A program made the position numbers and the translations under genes. Positions 46,549-57,250 of a DNA stretch of 64,000 bases are shown here, one piece after another. A model generated the notes under the pieces. It made no database searches, had not been told where the DNA came from, and worked only from the letters and a program-made list of their open reading frames with translations. The DNA is taken from positions 124,001 to 188,000 of IMG/VR virus record IMGVR_UViG_3300035183_000733. One strand, 5' to 3'. Position 1 is the first letter of the stretch, and each line of letters begins with the position of its first letter.

Positions 46549-49500
46549 TTATTGAGCGTTGTTGTTAGTAGTCTGAGACCTGATAGCGCTTAGCCTGTCG
46601 AGTGCTACGTTAGGCACGAATACTGGCTGGACTAACGTATCTTGTTCGTACTTACATGACACCTCCACGTCGAAGGACACGAGCGACTCGTTCCTTATCT
46701 GTATGTCGATGCCTATTTTCTTTGTATAAGTAATGTTCGATATGTTTCCAGTAGAGCGATACCCGCCGACGTAAGCCAGCTTGTCCGAACACCTGAATTG
46801 GAACACCAGCGGTATGTTGACTGCTTTCTCCTCGCCGAACTCGAGTAGCCTCTTTGCGAGCTCCGTCGTTCCGTCCACCGCTATTGCTGTGTAGTCGAGA
46901 GGCGCGAGGAACAGGTATGCGCCGCACGTGTACCTTCCCACAAGGAACTCGTCGTTCTTGTAGAAGCCGAGCTTGGCCGGATAATGTGTAGGGTCGGTCG
47001 CGCCTGACGTGTAAACCGCCGGCTGCACGTAGGCGAGCTGCTGCTTAGGATCTGTCTGAGTCACGTCCTTCCAGAAGAAGTCCGAGTGCATGTACTTAGG
47101 GTACAGCATAGGTGATGTTGATGACACGAATTGTGGAAGGAACGTAGAAGGTCCGAACGCACCCGTAATATCCGGGTGGTCTTTGTGCAAACAGAATTCC
47201 GACAGAAATCCGCCGCCAGTGCCGATACCAGACCCGTTCCAGATGTTAGGGTCGACCGGACCCGTAGCCGTACCGGGATCGGTAGGGAACAGGTAGCATC
47301 CGTTTATCGGCGAAGACGGGTTGAGCACGCCAGGTACGCCCTGATTTGCCGTTGTCGCCATGCCACTGACGTTGACGGTCTTGCCGTATAGTATCTCGTC
47401 GAGACCCACGTTCTTGTACCTCATGTAAGCCCATAGTCCTTTCACCTGTGCCGACTGGAACGGTGACTGGTGGAATATGGAGTTGACGTTCGGCTGCACT
47501 ATACCGGTGAGGGTGAGCGGAGCGTGGTCGTACCTCCTGTTGTTCGCGTAGTCTGTGTTGCTGTTACCGAACGAAGCGTCCACTATTGTTCCCTGGCCGC
47601 CGAACATGTAGCTGGCGAGCTCGAGTGCAGTGGCCGCGCTGTTCTCCACGCGCAGGATGTATGTCTTTGTTATGACCTTGCCGTGTTCGAATGTTACGGA
47701 TGTGCCAGAACCTGTCTTGATGAGGTCCTTGTAGTATCCCGCGAACAATGATGTCGAAGAGTTCGGCGTGACCTTGATGACGTTTCCATCTGAGTCGATG
47801 AGGTAAAGAACGAGTGTGCCCTTTGCCTTTTCGATGAGTTGTCTCAATGTTGTCAGTTCGGTGTCGATGCTCTTCAGCTTCTCAAACAGGTCGATGACCT
47901 TACCCTCTGCAGTAAAGAATCCTGATTGTATGTCGGACGATGCGTGTGCATAGTACCTGTCTCCGCTCGTGAATGATGACAGCAAGTGTAAGTCGAGACC
48001 TCTGGCGTTCAGTTCCTCTTGGAACTTTACACGGGTCTCCTCATTAGCAGCCTCCGTCAAGGATGCCGCGTTGTCGTCCGCTATCTGGAGATCCTCCGGG
48101 AACGGCACGGTTATTATCGCGCTCCAGTCCGACTCGAGCGGGTTAAGGGGCCATCCGGCCTCCGATATTGACTTGATGCGTATCTGTACCTGCTCTCCCT
48201 TGGAGATCGGTATGTCCACCTGGTTGATGTTGACCGCCTCGTTGTCCTGCACGTCCTCTACGTCCCACTCATAGAAACCTGTGGTCTCGTTGTAGATGCG
48301 CTTGCGAACATCTGATTTTATCTCGGTCCAGTTTGAAAATGAACCCGATTTTCTCGTCCCGTCGTTGTCGAGGAACGCCATCTCGCGGTTCTGTGGCGCG
48401 TTGCCGTCCTTCTTTATGTAGCGGTACGCTATCTTGAACTGTATAACCTCCTGATCGCCGGTCTTCGTGCTCGGCTTTGGTGCTGGTATCGGGAAGAACC
48501 CGCGTATAGCGTACTTGGTTGATGACAGAACGGTAGGGTTCTCCTTCGTCTTAGTCGCGAGCTCTTTCACGACCGAACTATACAAGTTCACCTTGGATAT
48601 TTTCTCGCGAGCAAGCGTCTCAAGGTCGGCCTTTATCTTACGCTTCTCTGCGTCGGACTTGGTGCTCGAGTTATTGTTGAGATCGTTCTTCTTGTTGTTG
48701 ATAGATTCGTCGATAGCGCGTATCTCGTTTTCGAGTTTAACCTTAGATGTCAGCTTCTGCTTGATCTCTTCGGCCTCTTTAGTATCCTTCTTGTGTTCGT
48801 TTATAGCAACTACCTGGAAGTTCGTCACGTCGAGCGTCGGCGCGTTTGGTATCTCTCCAAGTACGCTCGGTATGATCTTTTCCTTGGCAGCATTTATGAA
48901 CTGCATGCCGAAATCGACCACCTGTGTCTTATAGAACGTCTCGAGTGACAGGTTACCCGACGTTGTAGGTATTATGAGCTCATTGGTCCATACTCCAACG
49001 CCAGGCGAGTAGCTGCTCGCTGCCACATCAAAGTTAGCATCGATCGGCTTCAAGAATATCACCTGACGCTCGTCGAATCCGACGTTGACTTGCACCTCTT
49101 TGCTCCTGAATGGTGGTGAGTATATCGTTAGTATGTCCGCGCCCAGTGTTATGGACTGCGATCCGGTGAGACGCTTGAATACCACAGAGTTCTCCGCAGC
49201 GTCGAGCGATTCTATCTCGTACTTGGAACCATCTTGGGTTATCACAGCATCCCCTATCTTGAGGGTCTTGGTGTTCTCGAGGCCGCTTAGTATGTCGGTG
49301 TACGAGAGCCTGTTGAGCTTGTACTTCCGCTTCTTTACAGTGATGGTCTTGCTGTTGGATGTGACGTCTACCTCCTCGTCGGAAATCTTGAGCACGTCGA
49401 ACGTGCCCTTGTACCTCACAACGGACAGCGGCAAATCCACCGTATCCTCGTCCACGAAGAACGCGATGTTCTGCCTGTCAAGGTCTATTAGAAACTGTTG

Positions 49501-50037
49501 GAACTGGATGTCGTTCTTGCCCTTGTAATTGTCGTCGAAGAACTTTTTCTGCTCGTCGGTATTGGCCGCGACTATGATACGTTTCACGACCGCCCTGCGC
49601 ATGTCTTCTGGGACGAGCCCGGTCACGTCAAACGATACGTAAAGCAACGGGTTAAGGAAACTCTCGAAGAACCAGTTGTTCTTGATACGGAACTCGGCTG
49701 GTACTTGCAGCGTGCTGATGGCAGCGGGATCCTTTAGGATTGACGCCTCGAATATCTTCTTGGTCGTGCCGTCCGGTAACTTCACGAGCGTCGACGTGTC
49801 GCCGAGACCGGACAACTGTAGGATATTGTTGTCGATGCGGCTTATCTCTTGCTTGATGAAACCGAACGAAGGTATCACGTACTGCGTCTCCGTCCCGTCG
49901 TCCTGTATCACGGAGATAGGCACGGATTCTTGGTTGCTGGTAGTGGCCTCCGATATTTTTGATATGATCTCCAAGGAGTTCCTCTGGAGTATCATGAACT
50001 GCTCAAGCAGCGAGGTTATCGAGTTTTTGGTTCCCAT
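46549..50037 (-). CDS. large virion structural protein with coiled-coil segments
   Basis: 1162-aa ORF; TATATATA motif upstream. Confidence 0.65.
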   Translation of the reverse strand: MGTKNSITSLLEQFMILQRNSLEIISKISEATTSNQESVPISVIQDDGTETQYVIPSFGFIKQEISRIDNNILQLSGLGDTSTLVKLPDGTTKKIFEASILKDPAAISTLQVPAEFRIKNNWFFESFLNPLLYVSFDVTGLVPEDMRRAVVKRIIVAANTDEQKKFFDDNYKGKNDIQFQQFLIDLDRQNIAFFVDEDTVDLPLSVVRYKGTFDVLKISDEEVDVTSNSKTITVKKRKYKLNRLSYTDILSGLENTKTLKIGDAVITQDGSKYEIESLDAAENSVVFKRLTGSQSITLGADILTIYSPPFRSKEVQVNVGFDERQVIFLKPIDANFDVAASSYSPGVGVWTNELIIPTTSGNLSLETFYKTQVVDFGMQFINAAKEKIIPSVLGEIPNAPTLDVTNFQVVAINEHKKDTKEAEEIKQKLTSKVKLENEIRAIDESINNKKNDLNNNSSTKSDAEKRKIKADLETLAREKISKVNLYSSVVKELATKTKENPTVLSSTKYAIRGFFPIPAPKPSTKTGDQEVIQFKIAYRYIKKDGNAPQNREMAFLDNDGTRKSGSFSNWTEIKSDVRKRIYNETTGFYEWDVEDVQDNEAVNINQVDIPISKGEQVQIRIKSISEAGWPLNPLESDWSAIITVPFPEDLQIADDNAASLTEAANEETRVKFQEELNARGLDLHLLSSFTSGDRYYAHASSDIQSGFFTAEGKVIDLFEKLKSIDTELTTLRQLIEKAKGTLVLYLIDSDGNVIKVTPNSSTSLFAGYYKDLIKTGSGTSVTFEHGKVITKTYILRVENSAATALELASYMFGGQGTIVDASFGNSNTDYANNRRYDHAPLTLTGIVQPNVNSIFHQSPFQSAQVKGLWAYMRYKNVGLDEILYGKTVNVSGMATTANQGVPGVLNPSSPINGCYLFPTDPGTATGPVDPNIWNGSGIGTGGGFLSEFCLHKDHPDITGAFGPSTFLPQFVSSTSPMLYPKYMHSDFFWKDVTQTDPKQQLAYVQPAVYTSGATDPTHYPAKLGFYKNDEFLVGRYTCGAYLFLAPLDYTAIAVDGTTELAKRLLEFGEEKAVNIPLVFQFRCSDKLAYVGGYRSTGNISNITYTKKIGIDIQIRNESLVSFDVEVSCKYEQDTLVQPVFVPNVALDRLSAIRSQTTNNNAQ

Positions 50038-50116
50038 TATTTTTCCTATTTGAAAATTTTCTGCCCAATCTGGGCTTCACTTATATATATTACAAGTAAA
50101 AACAAGCCCCATTTTA

Positions 50117-51082
50117 ATGGTCAATGATTTCGATAAGTTTTCCGGCGATTCAGAGATGGTCCAGATATTCAACACTGGTGACGTCAAAGCATTCTACGGC
50201 CAGCCAGAATCCGACCATTTCGGCACCTTTTTGATAGTGCAAAAGTGCGACCTGGGCACGCCGGTGCTCGTTTACGATTGGGCTGCAGACTCGAAACAGT
50301 TCCTGAATTTGCAGAAAGCGTTCACCAGAAACCTCTATAACAACTACACAGAAATTAAGCTCGGCAAGCTGAATACGCTCAGAAAGCTCGTTGCTGACGG
50401 CGTGTCTTGGCTGCCAAAGACGGCGTTTACCGCCGATGACGGGTGGGGTGGGGTGAAGTTCCCTGCTATATGCAAGGCCGCCAATTCGTACGATTCCAAG
50501 GGCGTTGAGAAGATAGACAAGAAGAGGGATGTGCCGGACTACATCGACATAGTGCAGGAGATCATCCCGATAGACAGGGAATTCAGGATAGTTGCCTTCA
50601 GGGGCAAGTCCAACGATACGATTCAGGTCCTACAGATACTCGAGAAATCGCCCAAGAACGAAAAGGCCAAGGACCTCCGCGTGGACGAAGCATTGTCCAA
50701 GGAGGATCTCAAGAACCGCCCCAATACAAAATTCAAGTGGACCCTGCTCGACCCGGCCAAGGAGAAGGCAATCATAGACGCATCCGCGAAGATAATAAAG
50801 TACATATTCGCCGACAATCCCGGCCTGAATTTCTCCGGGTTCGATATAGCCGTAGATGTCGATGGTAAGGCTTGGTACATAGAGCACAACATGCTGCCGG
50901 CCCCGGTCGGCCCCACGTTCCTACTGCTATACAAGGCCATCTTTGAAGACTGGTATAAGAGGCGTCTCGGTCAAGACATGCGGACCAAGCTCGAATCCCT
51001 CGCAACCAAATACTGCCAAGGCACCGCCAGGAAGATCGACTTCGAGTGGGACAACCCGATGCCAGAACCTATTTCCATATAA
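50117..51082 (+). CDS. RimK-like ATP-grasp protein
   Basis: FPAICKA.NSYDSKGVEK, IVQEII..DREFRI, GFDIAV..GKAWYIEHN. Confidence 0.7.
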   Translation: MVNDFDKFSGDSEMVQIFNTGDVKAFYGQPESDHFGTFLIVQKCDLGTPVLVYDWAADSKQFLNLQKAFTRNLYNNYTEIKLGKLNTLRKLVADGVSWLPKTAFTADDGWGGVKFPAICKAANSYDSKGVEKIDKKRDVPDYIDIVQEIIPIDREFRIVAFRGKSNDTIQVLQILEKSPKNEKAKDLRVDEALSKEDLKNRPNTKFKWTLLDPAKEKAIIDASAKIIKYIFADNPGLNFSGFDIAVDVDGKAWYIEHNMLPAPVGPTFLLLYKAIFEDWYKRRLGQDMRTKLESLATKYCQGTARKIDFEWDNPMPEPISI

Positions 51083-51106
51083 CTTTTATTTTGTCAATAA
51101 AGTCTT

Positions 51107-51114
51107 TATCTTTG
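51107..51114 (+). promoter_or_regulatory. Bacteroidota sigma-A -7 element TAnnTTTG
   Basis: Exact TATCTTTG 25 nt upstream of ATG 51140. Confidence 0.6.
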
Positions 51115-51139
51115 TTTGTATAACTCAAAAAACAAGAAA

Positions 51140-51559
51140 ATGAAAAGAAACCAAGAAGGCCACGAGGCCGCCGTGTCCGAAATCTATAAACGGACATCCA
51201 TCAAAAATCCTCGCAAATTGAACCTCGAACGCATCTGCAAGAAGCACAAAATTTGCCGCATCATCGGAAGATCGCTCATTTCAGCCGGGTACCTCGAGAG
51301 AATGGAAGACGGTCGCTACCGTTGGATCGGACGCAAGAATCCATCGATCCCATCTGTAGTCGAGGACGCGGTTAAATACAGCACCCAATACAAATACGGA
51401 AGCAGGCAGGTGATCAAACCTCAGCCGAAAAAAGCGAAGACGCCACGCGTTAATGTAACCGGCCACGGTCACAAGCAGCAGACCATCGAGCTTGCTAAAA
51501 AATTCGCGGGTCATGGAGAGATTGCTTTCGCCAACCAGTTGATGGACCGCATCAAATAA
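51140..51559 (+). CDS. basic hypothetical protein, possibly DNA-binding
   Basis: Lys/Arg-rich ORF after a host-type promoter. Confidence 0.55.
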   Translation: MKRNQEGHEAAVSEIYKRTSIKNPRKLNLERICKKHKICRIIGRSLISAGYLERMEDGRYRWIGRKNPSIPSVVEDAVKYSTQYKYGSRQVIKPQPKKAKTPRVNVTGHGHKQQTIELAKKFAGHGEIAFANQLMDRIK

Positions 51560-51580
51560 TACCGGACTTAAACCAAAAAT

Positions 51581-51607
51581 AAAAAGCCGCTCTCGAAGCG
51601 GCTTTTT
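51581..51607. terminator. bidirectional terminator
   Basis: aaaaagccgct/agcggcttttt between convergent genes. Confidence 0.85.
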
Positions 51608-51608
51608 A

Positions 51609-53687
51609 TTATCGTATCTGGTCTATTATGAAAACGTAGTTGTCCGGGTCCACACAGGTGATGTCGAATATTGGTTTGTCTCCGGCGTCGTCGAACTGCG
51701 CTCCGGTGAGCGCTCCTATTATGACCCCGTAAGATCCAGCACCGAGTCTGTTCTCCGAGTCTGTGACGAGGAGAATGCTGTACGTGCTCATGTCGAGTAT
51801 GTCCTCGAACACCAGCCTAAATGTTTGTCCGCGCTGCCATCTCGTGCTCTTGTCTTCTATCCTTAGGTAGATGTCGCCCGTCGCCGTTATAGTCAGGCCA
51901 TTTGTGAAGTGCCTGAAGTAGTTTGTGAATGGCTGCAGAACCACGGTGAGTCCGGTCGATACGTCACCCTGGTAAGGCACTGTAGACTGGATGTTGAATG
52001 CTTGGTTGGTGTTAGATAGCGTAACCTGGTTCGGAGTGCTCCTGTCAACGAGTAGTCCAAGTCCCTGCTTGATAACGTCAAGGTTGTACGATACGTCGAG
52101 GCTCGTCCTGCCTTGCACGAGGTTGTTCAGCTCGTCGATGTACTTGTTGATCAAGGCCATTATTGACCCGGAGTTGTCCAGCATCGCTTGGTTGGCGATG
52201 AGTGTCTCTTCCAGCTCGGTTATTCTGAGATCGAGCTCTTCGTACTGTTCCTGGTTGATGATGAGAGACTCGAGCTCAAGAATCTTGTCCTTGAGCGCGG
52301 CAATCTCCGCAACTTGGTCTGTTAGTATGGTTGACGCGTTCTGTAGGATATTCATCGTGTCGACGAACAGCTCCATAGAAAACGTGTTGTAATCGTTTAT
52401 TGCTTTCTCTACACCTACGTTATCTACCGAGGTATCAAACTTGATATTGAGTTTGAAACCGTACGCGTTACCATTAAGTTTGGTTACTACGTTTGGCTTG
52501 AACTTCGCGAAGCGTGGTATCCCGTACTCCGTAGAGATCTGCTCTACGTTCTCAAGGAACAGCACACCGTATAGGTTGGTTGCGAAGTCCTCCGGGTTGT
52601 TCGGATCGTACACGTCGTAGTACACGAGTACGGCGTTGAACTCGAAAGGCTGTGCATCAACAGTGGAGTTGTACTCCATCAGAGTAGATATTCTCGGATT
52701 GTCCACGATCGGCTTGTAGCTGTTCGGGTCGAAGTCGAGCATGATACCGTCCAACCTGCTGCGGATGTAATCTACTTGGGTAGGTCCGTATATCTTCCTT
52801 ATCTTGTCATTAAGTACGTCTGTGAATACCGGGTCGGTAAAGTAAGCGTTAGGACCAGACTTGGGATCATACCAGTTTTGCGGTATATCGTATGCGCTTG
52901 TGAATGTGTTATAGAAGAAGCTTTGTGGCTGAGTCAGTGTGTCCTGGTCGAAGAACGCATTTATTGATAGTCCGGCCGGGTGAACGTCGTAGTAGTGCCT
53001 GCCCTGTAGTATCTCGTTGTCGAGCGGGTCTACCGGTTCGTTTATGAACAGCCCGTCCTCCGGATAGTTTGCGTCCGCCAGCGTCTTGAACATGACGAGC
53101 GGCGTGTTGCCGTCTGACGTAGGTATGTGTATGTATAGCTCCGAGTAGGCGTTTGTGCTGTTCTGCACGGAGTTCACTATCTCGATGTCGCCGAGGTACT
53201 GAACCACGCGGTAGTATCTGTTGGGGCCCGTAAGAACCTCAGGTTCCTCCGTATATCTCGGGTTGGTGAGCTGATTTAGCGTGCTCTGCATAGCGTTAGC
53301 CGCAACGAACCTTATTGCGCCGAGTTCCTTTAGCCACTTGAAGAATACGCGCTCTGATATGTTCTGCTTCACGTTCCGGTTGTACGTGTCCTGTGATACG
53401 AGGGTTGCCTCGAGGTTAAGACAGTAGTTCTGGAACGATTCTGCGAGGTTCACGTCCTGATCCGGGTCGAGACCGTTGATCATGTGACCGTCGATGGCCA
53501 TGAACTGGATCTTGTTGTCCGAGAACGCAGGCGTGGCGATGTTCGGTATGTTCAAGAGCGCGAACTTCGTGAACTTGAACTTGTTGACGTTGCTGTTGAA
53601 CGTCATCGCGATGTCTTCTGCAGAGGACGAGAAAGTGTAGAACGTTCCGCCCTGTACTTGTAATGGTTTTATGAATGGGGTGACCAT
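51609..53687 (-). CDS. virion structural protein (putative baseplate)
   Basis: 692 aa; FNAVLVYYDVYD..NLYGVLFL core and a coiled-coil segment. Confidence 0.6.
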   Translation of the reverse strand: MVTPFIKPLQVQGGTFYTFSSSAEDIAMTFNSNVNKFKFTKFALLNIPNIATPAFSDNKIQFMAIDGHMINGLDPDQDVNLAESFQNYCLNLEATLVSQDTYNRNVKQNISERVFFKWLKELGAIRFVAANAMQSTLNQLTNPRYTEEPEVLTGPNRYYRVVQYLGDIEIVNSVQNSTNAYSELYIHIPTSDGNTPLVMFKTLADANYPEDGLFINEPVDPLDNEILQGRHYYDVHPAGLSINAFFDQDTLTQPQSFFYNTFTSAYDIPQNWYDPKSGPNAYFTDPVFTDVLNDKIRKIYGPTQVDYIRSRLDGIMLDFDPNSYKPIVDNPRISTLMEYNSTVDAQPFEFNAVLVYYDVYDPNNPEDFATNLYGVLFLENVEQISTEYGIPRFAKFKPNVVTKLNGNAYGFKLNIKFDTSVDNVGVEKAINDYNTFSMELFVDTMNILQNASTILTDQVAEIAALKDKILELESLIINQEQYEELDLRITELEETLIANQAMLDNSGSIMALINKYIDELNNLVQGRTSLDVSYNLDVIKQGLGLLVDRSTPNQVTLSNTNQAFNIQSTVPYQGDVSTGLTVVLQPFTNYFRHFTNGLTITATGDIYLRIEDKSTRWQRGQTFRLVFEDILDMSTYSILLVTDSENRLGAGSYGVIIGALTGAQFDDAGDKPIFDITCVDPDNYVFIIDQIR

Positions 53688-53710
53688 CTATACTTTCCTT
53701 TCTTTGATTA

Positions 53711-54433
53711 TTAGATAAGAGTCATCATGTTCTGACCGATAACAATCCAGCCAGCATTAGATACGCTGTACATGAGCGTGATGCTCGACTTGAATGGATT
53801 GACGTCGAAGTCGATGCTGCCTGTGTTGTAGCCTACGATGTTCGCCACGTCGAGTCCGCATGCGCCAGTCCCCTTCTTTATCAATGTTATCGTGTGTCCG
53901 TCGAGGAGAGATCCGTCTGGTGATAGTGTCAGAAGTGCCGGGGATGCGGTTCCGTCAAATATGATAATCCTGTCGGAGTTGAGCACTGTGTGCGTGTTTG
54001 TCACGCCGATGTCGAGGTACCCGTTTACGAGACCGCCCTGTAACGCTACCACGTCGAGGAAGTCTGCCTGCCCTTGCTGCAACAGGGAGCCCTGGTTCGT
54101 TACGCTTCCGCCGAGTGATACATTAACGGTTGTAGCCGTCAGTGTTGATCCGAGTGTCAGGGATGTGGCGGTCATCAGTCCGCTCGATCCGGTCAGTGTT
54201 ATGGTCGGAGATCCGTTTGCCGGCAACTGGATGGAGTTAAATGCTCCTACCTTTCCCTTAATCTGTCCACCTGTGGCGGCAGATACGTCAAGGTTACCAG
54301 ATGTCAGCGAGATGTTGAACACCGCCTCGAGGGTGTCTATCTCACTCTTGAGCGAGTTGAAGTTGGCGTTAATGGTGAGCCTCGAACCTGAGAACGAGTC
54401 CGTGCCAAGTATCTCTGTGATAATTACGGCCAT
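53711..54433 (-). CDS. short fibre/virion protein (putative)
   Basis: EILGTDSFSGSRLTINANF N-terminus, G/S/T-rich; GATATATA upstream. Confidence 0.55.
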   Translation of the reverse strand: MAVIITEILGTDSFSGSRLTINANFNSLKSEIDTLEAVFNISLTSGNLDVSAATGGQIKGKVGAFNSIQLPANGSPTITLTGSSGLMTATSLTLGSTLTATTVNVSLGGSVTNQGSLLQQGQADFLDVVALQGGLVNGYLDIGVTNTHTVLNSDRIIIFDGTASPALLTLSPDGSLLDGHTITLIKKGTGACGLDVANIVGYNTGSIDFDVNPFKSSITLMYSVSNAGWIVIGQNMMTLI

Positions 54434-54852
54434 GGTAGTTTAGTTTTTATCTTTTGTAGTATATATCCGGACCGAAAAAATGCCCCGTCTCATTAAAGCA
54501 ATTTGTACAGCGTATTTTCCTTCGGCATGTACACCTCTCGATCCAGCTTGATGGATCCACAGAAGCAGCTTCCATACGCTGCGTTTCCCTCCAGGGTGGT
54601 TTATCTTGTCGCCATGTTGCACACGAACACACACTATGCGCCGAATCCACCTTGGTCTCTATCCTTATCATTCTCAATTTTATGCGGAAATTTGGTCAAG
54701 GTTTCCGCATTTTATATTATTGATTGCCAAGTGGTTACAATTATTTTGTTAAATTGTTTTTTATTTCAAATAAAGTTCGTATCTTTACTATATCAAATCA
54801 AGCAAACAAATGGAAAAATGTATTGTAACCCTTAAAAATGTGAAGACCTTCC

Positions 54853-55074
54853 GTGGGACCGAAGGAGATGAAGAAGCTCGAGAGAAAATTTGACAACCAT
54901 CTTATATGGGGGATACCGGGCGCGGTAGCGTACACTCAGGTGAAGTTCCCAGCGTCCCTTTCTAAATATCCAACAGACAAGCTGCAGGCGGCCATCGACA
55001 AATACAAGGTGAATTTCAAGCCGGGTGAGGTTTTTTGGAACACCAATTTGGAGGCATTAAAACTTAAAGCGTAA
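54853..55074 (+). CDS. hypothetical protein
   Basis: 73-aa GTG-start ORF downstream of TATCTTTA (54780-54787). Confidence 0.45.
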   Translation: MGPKEMKKLERKFDNHLIWGIPGAVAYTQVKFPASLSKYPTDKLQAAIDKYKVNFKPGEVFWNTNLEALKLKA

Positions 55075-55094
55075 CTAATCAACTCAAAAATAAA

Positions 55095-57197
55095 ATGAAA
55101 AAGTCAATTCTAATGTTGGCTATCGGCCTGATGGCCGGTACCATTAACGCTCAGACGTGGTTGCCTTGCGGCGCCGGTGTTAGTTATCTGGTTAATTGCA
55201 TGGAGGTTTATTCCGGTAATCTGTACATAACGAATTACACGAACCCCAATCCGGGCGACATCGACCGTTGGAACGGCACAACAATGACCAACGTGTACAA
55301 CTCAATTTACCAGTACGGCGACCTCGCCACTTCTGGTTCTACAATTTACACCACTGGTTTAAGTATGGGTCAAGGCCTCTACAACTCTGCCACTGGCAAT
55401 TCCGGAACGTGGACACAGATTGGCACATTCCTCGGAGGTCAAATGCAATTATGCTGGTTCAATGGCCAGCTATACCGCTCAAACATGTCCGGCGCCTCGG
55501 TGCAGCGCCTTGTTGGAACCACGTGGACCAACGTGCCATTGACCTATGCTTCGACCGTTGGAACGCCTGAAATCAAGGACCAGGGCTCGTTGCTATACCT
55601 CGGCGGGCGATGGAACTTGGGCGCTACCTACTATGGTTTAACCACAATCAACACATCTAATGTGCAGGCCGCGTACGGACCTACAATCACCTCGGGCCAG
55701 ACCGTGACCGATTTCGTATTCAGTGGAACAAACCTTTATGTTTGTATGAGTGGTGCCGGACCGCTTGGCGGTTTTTTCAGACAGAACGGTTCCACATGGG
55801 ATCCTATCTTGACCGGATACAACTCGATTAGTCGTTGCGAGACATACGGAGGCAAGCTGTACTTTACTGCCGGAACTTCTCCGTGCACAATCTACTGTTA
55901 CGACCCAACTCAGATAATCAGTGGCACTAACCCGAGCACCATCGCGACTATTTCTGCCGGTGGTGTTACAGACATGCAAGTCTACAACAACTCGCTCTAT
56001 ATTGGAGGTTCGTTCACGAGCGTGAACACCGTTTCATCCGGAGTAGTCGCTGCCAATAACATCATACGTTATAGCGTGCCATTCCCGGCGGCCTCTTTCA
56101 GCACATCTCCAGGTTCACTATGTGGTCTTGGTACAATGACAACAACAAACACTTCAACAGGTGCAACATCATATCAATGGTATGTGAACGGAACACCTTA
56201 CGCGACATCAACCAACACAACCGTTAACGCATGGACATACACCAGTCCTACTCCGTTCGTGGCTGGCACGTTCACTGTTTGCCTTACCGCTATCAATGGT
56301 CTTATTCGCGATTCAGTTACTCAAGTAATAAACACACTGGCTAATCCTATACCTCCAACGATTAGTGCGCTCGGCTCTACGACTTTTTGTAACGGTGGTA
56401 GCACAACTCTTCTGTGCTCTGCTTCTCCTAACTACTCTTGGAGTTCAGGCCAGACTACGTCGTCAATTTCTGCGACTACTTCCGGCACATACTATTGTAA
56501 TGCCGTGGCTGCGAACGGGTGTGCGACTCCATCCACTAATTCTATCACTGTAACTGTTTATGCCAACCCTACCGCGTCCATCACCGCGTCCGGTCCTACG
56601 ACCTTCTGTGCTGGTGACAGCGTGACGTTGACAGGTTCTGGCGCCCCAAACTATTCGTGGTCGCCAACCGGCAGCACGAGCTCTACTATCAACGTCAACT
56701 CCACAGGAGCTTATATGTTGACCGTGACAGATTCAAACGGATGTATTGGCACTGCCACTCAGTCTGTGACCGTTAACCCGTTGCCAACGCCTACGATCAC
56801 GCAGGTTGGCGCGGATTTGACAACCGGTACTTACTCCACATATCAGTGGTTGTTAAACGGTAGCATCATACCTACAGCAAACACTCAGACGTGGACACCA
56901 GTGTCAAACGGTAACTACCAGGTCGTAGTATTCAATGCGAGCGGCTGTTCGGATACGTCGGCCGTGTTTATTTGGATGAGCACGGGCATGAGTGAATTTA
57001 CGAACGGAACCGGATACACCATCACTAAGGTCGATGGAACGATCCGTGTGACGTTAGAAAAAAATGATAGGGTTGAGGTGTACGACTTGCTTGGCAACCT
57101 CGTATATTCGTCAACACAACAATACCACTCGATCGCTGTTACACCTGGAGTGTACGTGATCAGGGGAAGAAATTTTGTAAGGAAAGTTGGTTTGTGA
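55095..57197 (+). CDS. secreted beta-propeller/Ig-PKD repeat protein with T9SS type-A-like CTD
   Basis: Signal peptide ..TINA-Q; G.TTFC.G..TL...YSWS..T.S.I.V..TG.Y repeats; C-terminal VYDLLGNLVY..PGVYVI..FVRKV. Confidence 0.8.
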   Translation: MKKSILMLAIGLMAGTINAQTWLPCGAGVSYLVNCMEVYSGNLYITNYTNPNPGDIDRWNGTTMTNVYNSIYQYGDLATSGSTIYTTGLSMGQGLYNSATGNSGTWTQIGTFLGGQMQLCWFNGQLYRSNMSGASVQRLVGTTWTNVPLTYASTVGTPEIKDQGSLLYLGGRWNLGATYYGLTTINTSNVQAAYGPTITSGQTVTDFVFSGTNLYVCMSGAGPLGGFFRQNGSTWDPILTGYNSISRCETYGGKLYFTAGTSPCTIYCYDPTQIISGTNPSTIATISAGGVTDMQVYNNSLYIGGSFTSVNTVSSGVVAANNIIRYSVPFPAASFSTSPGSLCGLGTMTTTNTSTGATSYQWYVNGTPYATSTNTTVNAWTYTSPTPFVAGTFTVCLTAINGLIRDSVTQVINTLANPIPPTISALGSTTFCNGGSTTLLCSASPNYSWSSGQTTSSISATTSGTYYCNAVAANGCATPSTNSITVTVYANPTASITASGPTTFCAGDSVTLTGSGAPNYSWSPTGSTSSTINVNSTGAYMLTVTDSNGCIGTATQSVTVNPLPTPTITQVGADLTTGTYSTYQWLLNGSIIPTANTQTWTPVSNGNYQVVVFNASGCSDTSAVFIWMSTGMSEFTNGTGYTITKVDGTIRVTLEKNDRVEVYDLLGNLVYSSTQQYHSIAVTPGVYVIRGRNFVRKVGL

Positions 57198-57218
57198 GTT
57201 TGGTTTGATTGATGGAAG

Positions 57219-57250
57219 AGACCCTGGCGAAAGCTGGGGCTTTTTCTTTT
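57219..57250 (+). terminator. intrinsic terminator
   Basis: ccctggc-gaaa-gctgggg followed by a T run. Confidence 0.7.
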
